A DNA stretch of 61,808 nt, counting the filler, from Kipferlia bialata (taxonomy: Eukaryota): NCBI GenBank assembly GCA_003568945.1. It is 5 parts of 5 records of this genome, joined end to end, with 100 filler letters (N's around TTAATTAATTAA, not from the genome) between each part and the next. Parts side by side here need not be neighbours in the genome. Positions count along the whole stretch, not along the records: positions 1 to 15,325 come from BDIP01000715.1; positions 15,426 to 30,749 come from BDIP01000716.1; 3 more parts are not named here. One strand, written 5' to 3'. The position numbers and the translations under genes are program-made. How positions within the stretch are numbered: position 1 is the first letter of the stretch; every line of letters starts with the position of its first letter. The notes under the pieces were generated by a model, which was not told the DNA's origin, did no database searches, and saw only the letters and a list, made by a program, of their open reading frames with translations. Shown here piece by piece: positions 12,726 through 24,777 of the stretch.

Positions 12726-14320
12726 TTAGAGCACCAGCCGAGCTGCTGGTGTCGGTATCCAGTCCTTATGGTAGACCACAGGGTGCAGCAGGAGGTTGGG
12801 TCTGAGATTAGCTCAACCTTTCATAATTCCCAGCGAAGGGATCTTCATACATAAAGGTACATATATGTATATATTTTAGTATGTTGGTCCCACCTCCTGT
12901 CTGGGTGGTCACTCCACCGTGCATAGACACCAAGGCGGCCGAATATCACTGGCTTGCAGCCATCACAGCTGATGATTAGAGAAGAGTGACAATACTAATG
13001 TCTGAAAGAAGTTCTATCATAGAACAACCGAGTGCTATGTGGCGATTTCGTGGATGTGAAGTAGCGGTAACATCACAGTTCATTACCTCAGTCTTGGCAG
13101 AAGTGACTGTGTGCACTCCAGTGCCCTCCTCAGGTGGTCCTTGTCATTGAAGTCAGGGCACCTGTAGTAGGGCCCTGTCTCATACTATATACGCATAGAG
13201 AGATAGATGTCATATATGATATCTATGCATACACTTATCATTGAAGTCAGGGCACCTGTAGTAGGGTACTGTCTCATACTATGTATACTATATACACATA
13301 GGTAGACAGAAGTCGAATATGATACATGTATACACTTATCATTGAAGTCTGGGCACCTCACAGCCAGGATGTAGATACGGACAGTGGTGCCGTTGTACTA
13401 GGAAGTCAGCAGCTACTGATAGGATAGTATGCTTCTCTCATAGTCTATGACTCAAGGAGTATGGATCAAACTTGTACATATCACCACAAGACTAATAATA
13501 TAGTTGTATACACTTTATTATACATATAACACCCACCTTGGGAGTGCATGATACTCCACAGCCAGAGAGTCCCTTGCCTGGTTGACTCCGGGCCAGTGCC
13601 CTCACCAGGATGTCCCAGGCCTTGTCAACCTGGCAGAATGAGAGATAGTGTCAAGTTCACAGTGTCAACTCTTACAGGATAACACTTTCGTGAGCATAGG
13701 TGCATGCATTATTATGATTCTCATGTGATTCATATGAGAGTACACTCTCTTCATATCCATACCTCTCTCGGAGCACATGGAAAGAGCCACTTGCACTCCG
13801 TGTGTCCCAGTGTCTGTGCCAGTTTTAGGATGGCATCACGTGTCACCTATAGTGTAAGAGAGGTAATACTATCCGCCATTCCTTTAATGAAACACATACA
13901 GTACCTGACGTTGCTCAGCTGTGGGTGTATCTAGCAGCATGTGTGGGTCGCACAGCTCGTTGTATAAGGCAATGCTCCTTATGGCAGTGGCGCTAGGCAT
14001 GAGTGGCCAGGACTCACACTTCACACCAAGCGCCTCAGCGGCGCCACCCACTATACGTAGTGTGCTAGGTGGGTGCAGGGCCATCCAGTCTTCCAATGCA
14101 CATACACTAGGGTCGTGCACCAGAGGTAGGGTGGGAGGGGCGCTTCCATCTGGGGACCGAGAAGAGATACTGAGAGCGGGAGATGGCGTTGGTGCAGTGG
14201 GTGAGATGAACCTCTTGAACCGTGTCACGACACAGTGTCCTAGGCGTATCTCAGTGTGGCAGAGGGGACACGTGGAGTGGTTTCTGGGGGTAGTGGGTAC
14301 CAGTCTTTAGGGGGTTTCAT
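12726..14320 (-). CDS. DUF1917 / C11orf68 (Bles03, UPF0696)-like protein, multi-exon
   Basis: Spliced motifs LAQTLGHTECKWLF..VDKAWDILVRA, ILAVRCPDFNDKDHLRR and CKPVIFGRLGVY match the family pattern GKW.LF..VD..W / VY..DF.D..DV.RV / YKPD.YT.LG.Y. Confidence 0.72.
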
Positions 14321-14533
14321 CTCCACAGAATGGTATGTGAAAGAAATCGTGTTAAGAAAGGGTCCAATACGAGTACGTGACATGTGCTTGTCATGAACAC
14401 AGGAGGTGGTATCTACGAGCAGTGGCAGGTAAAACCAACATAACTGTGTGAAATATCCCAATACGGAAGTGCCTCCTTGAGGTGACCACAGTATGATGTA
14501 TAAAGTGACACTATGGGGTTATAGATGAGACTG

Positions 14534-14683
14534 TCAGAGAGCTTCTTCACCCCACCTGTTATACCCCTCCATGTTTGTGCTCAGCCACTGTCTCAGACAC
14601 TGAAGGTGGAACTCATGGCCACACCTAGTCATAACGAGAGCAGAATTGGTGGCTCCATCTCGCTGACATATCGGGCACTCCAT
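14534..14683 (-). CDS. RING-H2 zinc-finger fragment
   Basis: MECPICQ...TRCGHEFHLQCLRQWL; final CxxC pair not found in frame. Confidence 0.6.
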   Translation of the reverse strand: MECPICQRDGATNSALVMTRCGHEFHLQCLRQWLSTNMEGYNRWGEEAL

Positions 14684-14930
14684 GGCAAGGGTAAAAGAAG
14701 AGTTCAATATGAATAATCGCACAAGGACCCAGTGACAAGAAGCACTTGTCAAGCACTCGTCATCCAGTTCTATCGTATTCATCAATGTTGAATCAATACT
14801 AAAGACTATGCATATGACCTAGGACGTCAACACCAACACATTTAGCACATCATTTACTACATCACATCAGCAACTACACAGCACTGAAGCACTGTCTGCC
14901 TTGCAAACTGAGTCAGACAAGGTGTACCCC

Positions 14931-15233
14931 TTACTGGGCTGCCTCCATGGCCTCGAGGGATGCCCTCTGGTCCTGGACGTAGGCAGTGAGCATGTTGCGC
15001 TGCCTCTGGGCCTCCTCGGGGTTGGAGAGCATCAGGGTGGTGAACCTGACCTGGCGGTGAGTAATAGGTGCACATACATTATACATATATAGTGCATAAC
15101 CCACCTCGTTCTCGAGCATGTCGGTGACGGGGCGGGAGGGGGCCTTGGAGTCGATGGTCAGGGGCTTCTCGTTGGCAGGGTTGAACCTGTACAGAGGCCA
15201 CATGCCAGTGTCCACGGCAAGCTTCTCCTCGAT
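14931..15233 (-). CDS. PFOR: Pyruvate:ferredoxin oxidoreductase, C-terminal two exons (5' part cut by contig end)
   Basis: IEEKLAVDTGMWPLYRFNPANEKPLTIDSKAP..DMLENE|VRFTTLMLSNPEEAQR matches the PFOR/NifJ C-terminus; 54-nt GT-AG intron at 15051-15104. Confidence 0.93.
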   Translation of the reverse strand: MEEKLAVDTGMWPLYRFNPANEKPLTIDSKAPSRPVTDMLENEVGYALYMYNVCAPITHRQVRFTTLMLSNPEEAQRQRNMLTAYVQDQRASLEAMEAAQ

Positions 15234-15265
15234 CTGGAGGGTGAGAGGAATAAGGGGTGTAGAGG

Positions 15266-15296
<31 letters not shown>

Positions 15297-15325
15297 GGGA
15301 AGAGGGGGGGGGGGGTGGCCGGGGG

Positions 15326-15425
15326 NNNNNNNNNNNNNNNNNNNNNNNNNNNNNNNNNNNNNNNNNNNNTTAATTAATTAANNNNNNNNNNNNNNNNNNN
15401 NNNNNNNNNNNNNNNNNNNNNNNNN
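15326..15425. other. Artificial contig spacer
   Basis: N44-TTAATTAATTAA-N44 (stops in all six frames). Confidence 0.98.
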
Positions 15426-15769
15426 CCGACTGTGCCACTGTGTTGTTGACAGCCATCCAGCACTCAGTCTGCACAGCAGTTCTGACAGTCAGGATGTAGA
15501 GGGAGAGAGAGAGAGTCTTTGTCTTGAGCTGAGCCAGAATCGGTAATTACTGTATTATATCGATATACACAAATTCATGAATAGGTAAATACACGTATAC
15601 ACATATATATATATAGTACCTGAGTACAGATGGCACACTGTCTGGGTGTGTGATCTTGAGCTGTGCCAGGATGTCTGTGAGGGGATACGTGGACTGGAGG
15701 AGGGGGCTAAAGGAGTCACTGACAAAGTAGAAGGACTTCTTGGGCATAGGGGCACCTGACATTAAGGGT

Positions 15770-15804
<35 letters not shown>

Positions 15805-16147
15805 ACGCTGTGGAGGAGAGCATACGTAATCTGACTATTATTACCTGGGCCCGACAAAAGGGCAGATATGATATCCCCCCACTGCCTCTTGTCACTATAT
15901 AATACATCATAGTAATCACTATATATATATATATATATATACCTGGTCCTGATAGTAAGGCAGATAGGATGTCTCCCCACTGCCTCTTGTCACTGGGGGT
16001 GACCATGGCAGCAACCAGCCCAGAGGACTCCTCCTGCATGGGGACAACAACATCCTAGTATAAAAGGGTGTAGAGAGAGAGAGAGAGAGGGAGAGACTCC
16101 TCCTGCATAGGGACAACAACATCCTGACATAAAAGGGTGCAAGGGGA

Positions 16148-16192
<45 letters not shown>

Positions 16193-19100
16193 GAGACATC
16201 GGGACAACATCCTAGTAATGAGAGAGAGAGAGAGAATTAGGGTGCAGATAGAGAGAGAGAGAGACTACACGTACCGGCAGGCCCTCTTCCTCGAGCGGTG
16301 CAAAGCACTCCATGATGTCTCTCTCCTGAGAGGCCGTGAACACCTTGCGCACACACCTAGGAGGTCAGTATAGATATACACATATGATACTGGTTTTTAG
16401 TGTGGGATATACCTGAGAGCTGATACCAGCAGTGTCTGGGGTGATGCGAAGTAGAGCTTGGGGTCTCTCTTAGTGGCCAGCAGTCCCTGTCTCCTGAAGG
16501 GTGAGAGGGTAACATATACACATATATACATACACTAATGACTAATGATAGTATTTGAATTAGGGATTAGGGAAATGTACCAAAGGGTTCATGGTAAATC
16601 ATTTCCTAACCTGAATGTGTCGACTATCCTCAAGGGAGACAGGTCCAGCTTGTCAGACAGGTTGAAGAGAGACTGGACAAGTGCCTGGGGTAAGAAAATA
16701 CACGGTACTCTAACCGCGTAGATAATAGGCAGTTAAGAACCACGAAGAACTACATGATACTCTATGTATGTAGATAACTAGGGAGATACTATAGGGATAC
16801 CTTGCGCAATGCTGGTGGCTCTGACTGCTGGATGGGGACTGTCTCAAACATAGACTCGACTAGGGTGTAGTCAATGAGCTTGAGGTTAGCTAAATCGAGA
16901 GAGAGAGGGACTGACCAACAGGCTAAGTCATATAGCCAGGGACAAACCTGATCAGCGTTGAATGTGAATGCATATGAGTGCAGGAGTCCAGCTGCCTCTG
17001 CATCGGGGGAGAGAGAGGCACCCGTCTGGCGCTGAAGAGTTAGAGATAGATGAAGAGAGAGAAAGAGAGTGTATTAGCATATATGTGATAGAGAGAGATG
17101 CCATACCTCAGTGGCAAAGTGTGTCTCGACTGTGAGTGATATGCCCTCCACCCTGTAGCACCCATGGATGGAGCACAGGCTGTCGTTCTGATGTTAGATG
17201 AATATTTACATATATATATAGAAGAGATGTTGGTGTATATATGTGTATATATAGAATGTACCTGGTCCACTGAGAGCAGCTCCTTGGGCTGTGTCTCCTC
17301 TGAGCCCATGTTGAGGTCAGCCAGGCAGATCTCCTTCTCCTAGCGGTTAAGACAACATTACGCGGTTACTATGAGTTTAACAATCTACACGATTACCTGA
17401 TCCACTAGGATGGCTGTCCTAGAGACGGCCATGGCAAATGGCACACAGTCGGCCAGGAGGTCAGCAGGGGATGTACTGTCAAAGTCTAGTAGCAGACCCA
17501 CACCGTGGTTGAACAAGGGCACGAGGGCACCGTCAGCGGCCCTAGGAGGTAAGGGGGGTTCAATCATCGCGTAGATATGTAGTGTATACCTTGTTGTGGA
17601 TCCACTGATTGCGGTGTTGCCCTTGTCGGCTGGGGCACAGACAGAGCCTAGGGGTGAGTAAGGAAGCTACCTATGATATACATATACCAACCCACATCAA
17701 TAATGGACCAGTACAACTCTACCCTACCTTCGCACTTGTTGTTACTAATACCATATATATACGTGATATCCCACCTTCACACTTGCAAAACGCAGGGACT
17801 AGGTTGGATGCAGCTGTGGTGGTCCAGGTCTTGCCCACAGTCCTGAAGTCAGTATGTACTCTCTCTCTCCATATATATATAATGTGTGTGTGCGTCTGTG
17901 GTACCTAGAGCTGTTGACCACACTGGACACCCCGAATGTGATACAGGCTGCTATGGAGTGGGCAAAGGCACGGTTTGTGTTGGTGAGCACGGGTGAGATG
18001 GTCCACCTGGTATTGGGGTGTTGAGAGAGAGAGAGTGAGAGAGAGTATGTCATATACCTAGGGTGTGTCATGAAGAAGTCCTCCAGCTCCACTGGGTCCC
18101 TGAGGGTGTAGGTCTCCATCTCACACGTCTCAGTGTTGAACCGCAGGGGCTCAAAGGGGCCTGCCGTCAGTATTGTCAAGAATCAGATGCACATTCATGA
18201 AGAAAACACGAACATATGAAGAATACTTCACGAGAGAGTACCTGGCTCCAGAGACCCAGGGAAGCAGTCGTTGAGCTCACGGGCAGAAAGATCAGCAAAG
18301 CCTGGAGTAAGTTATTGTAATTACTAAGATTGTATGAAAGTGGATTGTGAAGAACAATCCATACCCTCGTGTCTCTCCCTCAGTGCGCTAAGAGCCCTGG
18401 TCTGCGTTGTGATCTCCCGCATGGCAAGGTAGATATCCATGTTGAAGTCAATCTGGGATGAGAGAGAGAGAGAGAGAGAGATATCCATGTTGAAGTCAAT
18501 CTGGGATGAGAGACAGAGCGATCAAGAGAGAGAAAATGTATGTGTGTGTACCTGGAATGCTGCCAGGAATGAGTATGCCGTGTAGACAGAGGCAAAGGCA
18601 CACAGGAACAGGGACACCTGGAGGTAAGACACAAGTAAGAGATAACATAGATATTAGATAAATATACAGAACAGAGCCACAGCTATATATATAGTATACT
18701 TGCCATAACAATATAGATAGAGTACATATAGATAGAGTTATACCTTGTGCCCGAGTTCACAGTCAGTTCCGTACGAGGAGAAGAACCGGGAGGATGGGTG
18801 GACAGACATGACTGGGCCTGGTAGTGAGAGGATATCGCGTAGTATACTAGCATAACGCGTAGTGATGGTCGTGTAGATTACCTACTGATGGCAGACTGAA
18901 CATGTGCAGCTTGTGGTGTGCCTGCTCTACCTCAACATGATCGCCATCTGAAGGGTTAGGCAACAACCAGAAGAAGAGATGTAGAAAGCCGCAATCAAAT
19001 AGAATCAAACAGTATATATGTATATATATATACCTGTGTTCATGTCTATGGGGGTGGGTCTGAGTGTGATTGCCCCCTGTTCGTGTAGATTCCACAGCAG

Positions 19101-22100
19101 CAGACTCTGCAGGAATGATCCCTCGATGGAGGTCAGAGTGACGTCAAGTGCGCCTAGAATTAGTACCCACCATAGAAGCATATATATATATATAAGTAGA
19201 CAGTCTGTACCTGTGAGAATCTCAAAGAAGCGACCCACTGCTCCAAAGAAGAATGCAACATGAATGATACAGAGTCATAAAGACTAGTATATATATAGTG
19301 TAGTATATACAATTACACATACCTGTGAGAATCTCGAAGAAGCGCCCCACTGCTCCAAAGAAGAATGCGACGCTGTCTGTTGTGCTGTTGATGTCGGGGA
19401 CAGTACCCATGGAGTGGGTGATGGCCTGAAACATAAGACTAAGATACCATATACTTATGAACCATTTAAGATAATTAACAAGAGTATCAACTACAAACGT
19501 GTCTGTAACTGTGTGCATGGAGCAGACCTATTCACTAGAAAGGAGCTGTATGGCCAATACCTTGTTGAAAGCCACTGGGGCGTTCACCATTCTGACATTG
19601 GCCCTCAAAGTGTGGGAGCTGGAATAAGGGTCTAGTAAGAGAGAGAGAAAGTGATGCAATGATAGCGTATGCTAGTTCAATATGGATAGAGAATATGTAC
19701 CTAAAGATAGTGTGCTTAGGCAGACAGGGGCTGATGAAGATTGTGTGGTCATTGGCAACTGGCTTGCCAAGCATGGCGATGCGGCACTTGTTGTACTCCT
19801 CCTGATATATTAGACATATCGCAAGTATATTACAAGCATTAGAAGTACTTGAAGTATTATCTTAAGAGAAGAAAGCAATGAGCAGTTACTGGACATGTAT
19901 CCAATAGACATACCCTCTTTCCATATGCCAGTCCCTCTCTGTCGAATCTCAAGTCCACAATCTTCCAGCCGCCCCTGGGAGCACGGGTCTCGGCAAGGTG
20001 GTGGGCCTGGAATTAGGAGTCATATGAGAGTATACAGTATGTATAGATAGTGTATAGATATAGCATGTATAATACACGTACCAGGAATACTGTCTTGACC
20101 CCTGCGATCTCGGCTGCATAGTCAACCACGGCCCTGGCCACCTGTACGCACTCACTCTGGATCCATATGGTGTGGACATCACCACCCACATCCTTGACCT
20201 CTCCCTCCTCTCCCTCGGGTAGGGGGTCTACTGGTGTGACACCGTGTAGTAGAGCGGAGAGCCACCTGGCGGCGTAGACTCCCTCCCCAGAGAGCAGGCC
20301 ATCACCTATGAGTCAGCGAGATTCGGAGTTACAAGGAACATTTCCAGTGCAATACTAGTACAAATAGTATGGTCTCACCCTCTCCGTAGTCGATACAGGG
20401 CCTATCGGTGTCACTGTTGTATGAGGAACCGAAGGCAGCAGACACGACAGACTGGAGGCCATCCCTGCCATGCTGATGTAAGGTGTATATATAGATGTAT
20501 ATAGACAGCGTAAATAAGTATAGAGAGAGAGAGTGGATGTGGAGAATAATGAGAGAGGGAGAGGGATAAGTATATATATATATATGTGTGTGTACTGTAC
20601 CTGGTCGAAAGACATGCTCATGTACTTGAGGACGGCAATCTCTGGAGTGTCTCCAACCTGAGGGTAAGCATGAATACTAATACACACAAATACCTATGGG
20701 TAAGATAGTATATATAGTGACACAAATCACTTCATATATAACACACATATTAGTGAGAGAAAAGAGAGAAACTCTTACCTCAGTCTGGGATGGAATCTCG
20801 ACATCGACAATCTCGCTAGATGTCTCTGTGATAGAGGAGGAGTAGGAGTCACTGAGGTCATCGCGCTCACTGTCCCTCTCTCCCTCTCCCTCTCCCCCTG
20901 CCTCTCCCTCTCTCTTCTCCATTGACTCACTGTAGTTATCCTCTAGGGAGCCTCTGTCACTGAGAGAGGCGGTCATTGAGCCTGGCATTAGAATATACAC
21001 TCGTAGTCGAACAATCAACTATTGAGAGAGAGAGAGAGAGTACCTGCATATGACTCTGGCTCAGGGGGTGTGGTGCATCTGAGGGCCATGGCTATAGCAA
21101 GGTCGGAGGGACCCATGAAGACCTGCAGTGTGAGTGCTACACTATATACTTCGTATCGCACATATATACATGTTTATATACATATATATATAAGCCAGGT
21201 CAGAGGACCCATGAAGACCTAGAGGGTAAGTAAATCACAGGAGATGTAAATAACATCATGGAAATACAGTGTGTATACACACACAATATTATAATACCTG
21301 AGGCACCGCGTGTGAGTATGTGCTCACTAGCGAGTGGCATGGCTTGCCGGCCCTCTTGGGTAGGTAACGCAGACGCTCAGGTGGGGGGCGCACATCAATG
21401 TATCTAGTGGTAAGGAGAGAGAGATAAAGAGAAGGGAGAGAGAGATCGGGTGGGGGGGTGCACATCAATGTACCTGAAGTCATATACTACTCAATACAGA
21501 AACTATGCGATTTTGACGTCAGGACAGTACCTGATGGGCCCCTCTCTTGGCAGTGAAGGTGGGATGATCAAGGGACCAGAGCTGAGCATAGGGAGGTAGA
21601 AGAGAAGGGTGCCCGCAGTGTGCTCAGACTCATGGGGCTGGTCCTGGTGTTAGAGAACATATATATACATAGAGGGTCAATGGAATGAGGGAGTGGTACC
21701 TCGCCAAGGGGTCTCTTCACAATAGACTTGTTGATGTTCGAGTCGGTGCAGTATGTGTGGTCAACACCAGTCGCATAGGGGAGCTCTCCGCCTGGAGTGA
21801 GAGGAATACTAATAGAGAATGAAGAGAGTTTCAATAATTTTGAAATGAAGAATAATAGAGAAGATAAGACATTGCTACACATACTGACTCGTACCTGTGT
21901 GCAGTGTCTGTGCAATGTCACCGACCATGTCCACAAAGGTGTGGGGGGCATTCTCAAGGCCTGGCATTAGAAGCAATCAGCAGGAGAGAGAATTATGAAT
22001 GATGACTCACCAATGAGAAACCCATTCGAGTCGGTATGAGATATACAAGTATGATATACTCACCAATGAGAATGACGAATCTGCCGTCCAGCAAGAGGTT

Positions 22101-24740
22101 GCCAAGTGTGACAGCCATGTCGGCCGCAGTGTCATAGTGATTACAACAGAGCAGGAAGGGAGACTGGCCGAAGATTCTAGCGACCTGGGGTAAGTGAGTG
22201 TGGGCCAATGAATATATGCAGACTTGAGTTGAGTACAAGAGTGTGGGAGGGTATATATAGGTATATATAGTACCTGGAACAGGAACCCTGCGACTGACTG
22301 CACTGGGGCATTGATGGTGGTACAGATGCCTGGCGTGAGAGTGAGAAGTAGGTAGTCTACATATTCATAGAGAGAGAGAAAGAGCTATGGTGGTGCAGAC
22401 ACCTAAAGTGGCACGTCCAGAAGGGTGAAGCACATATAAGAAAGGGGACAGGAGAGTATGCATCTGTACGAGAAGAGAGAGAGAGAGAAGGGCCTACGCA
22501 CCCACTGTGATACCGGTGCCCAGGAGTGAACAGAGAGTGTCAGGGGCAAAGTCACCCATCTCCTCCGAGTCTAGCACACTTCCTGAGGTGAAATATAGGA
22601 TGACACACAGTATCGCGTAGATAGTGAGTGAGACTTGGGTACCTGTGGGTGGCATCTCGACCTGGGTAGGGCAACCCAGCCAGTCATACCCGCACTGCTT
22701 CACATGGACACCGAGGGAGGACACACAAAGAGGGTTCTGGGGATCAGTATCGCGAATTATTGGGTCACTACTATACTATATCATAATGTACCGGTAATGA
22801 CAGGGGTATACCTTGCCAGAGAACATCCATCTGGCAGTACAGAGTGCATTGAGTACAGGCAGGTGCAGGCTAGCGCCCTCAGGGAGCTCTGGGTTGATGT
22901 GCTTGATCCAGACCTCTACGCGGTTAGTTGCATACCGTGTAGTGGTATAAGACTATATCGTGTAGTCATTTTAGGTACCTGCAGTCTCCTGTAGCAGTCT
23001 GCACACCCTCTGTCTGGGGTGGTCCTTGGGGGGCTTCAGCTGATAATTAGTAAGCAGTAGGATAGATAGGCACAACGAAGACTATGATAGACTTGAAACT
23101 ATATGGGAAATGTATCAGCCGGGGAATGCTACCTGTGTGATGATGTCTCTAGATGCCTTGAACATTGACATCTCAGGGTCAGGGGACACGACAGCCTGAG
23201 GGTCAGATATATCACATATGACACACTCAGATCAAACACCATGTATCTCACTCAGGTCAATAGAATGTGTAGATATATCTGTAACTACACGATACCTTTC
23301 TGAATGTGTCATGTACCCATGCGGACAGTGCAATGTACTGGCAGTGGAAGGTCCTCTTGGTCCAGAACGATGCCATGTCATCTGAGGTTAGTGTATAATT
23401 GATTCCGTATTATTGATTATACATAATTGATTCCACTCACGTGTCTCTAGGTCGTGGATGGCGGCATCGGACTGGTCTCTAACGGCAACCTTGATGGCAG
23501 CTCTGACTGATCTGGAGGTTAGTGTATACAGGCTATTCCAAGAGTAGATGTAGATATAACTCATTGTATACATATATGTACAATACCACATGCCTTGTGA
23601 GTAGTCCTCTGTTCCTTGGTACTGGCACTGGCTCTATTCTCAGCACCTCCACCTTGGCAGCATATCTGCCACCAGAGATCACAGCTGGGGGTTAGTACAT
23701 ATATAGTATATAGAACATATATACCACACACAGTATTCAGTATACATACACTATCACAGAAGGACACCAACCTGTGATCTCCCACGTGGTGTCAGACTCA
23801 ATGTTCTTGGACTCCCTCAGCTCCTTGGCAGAGATACCAGACTGAGAGGTGGGGCGCATGAGGTACCTGTCGTTTGAGAGAAAGACTGAGAGAGAGAGAG
23901 AGAGAGAGAAATATACCGGGCTGAGATGTGGGGCGCATGATGTACCTGTCATTATAGAGAGAGAGAGAGAAGGTCTAGAACAAGGCGTGGGGGATTTGAG
24001 AAGACAATACAAGAAGGAATGGAAGCGGCATTGTGAGACTTGATGAGAGTCAGAGAGAGAGAAAGCGAGTCTTTACCCGTCTATGTTGAACAGTGCCAGT
24101 GGGGCACATGGGTTGAACCTCTCTCCCTCCCTGCAGAATGGTTGGACATGGGGGGCAGGGATGGAGGTACCGGCGCTCTGGGGTTAGATGCTCTATATAA
24201 TAGTTCCAGTAGGGCCGTAAATATATGTATGTGTGCGAGGTGTACCTCTAGGTATGACACTCTGTCCGGCACACACATCAGATACTATACATCCATATAT
24301 AAAAATATAGACAATCTACCATAGATCTAATGTATATACTACTTCCTCTCACCTCTAGGTATGACGCCCTGTCTGGCACACACATCAGGTCATTGAGGTT
24401 GGGGTCAGGAACCATGCCTAAGGTTAGAGCATAAGAGACGTAGTATGCAGAGAGATGTTGATTCAATAGAAACAAGGGGGAGAGAGAGATACAGACCCTT
24501 TGTAGTCTTGATAGGTGGCAGCAGGTACTCGTGGGTATGGTGCTCCCTGATGTGCCGAATGACTGGGGAGATACTCGAGATGATGACCTGGGCGTCAGCA
24601 AAGAATACGCGATTAATACTCTACTACACGATACAATGCCAACCTGCAGACTGTCTGTGAGGTCTCTGTCTAGTAGAACACCCATCAGACGCTGCTGGGC
24701 CTTACGGGCGGTGCTCTTGCGGACTAAGTACCACTGAAGG

Positions 24741-24777
<37 letters not shown>

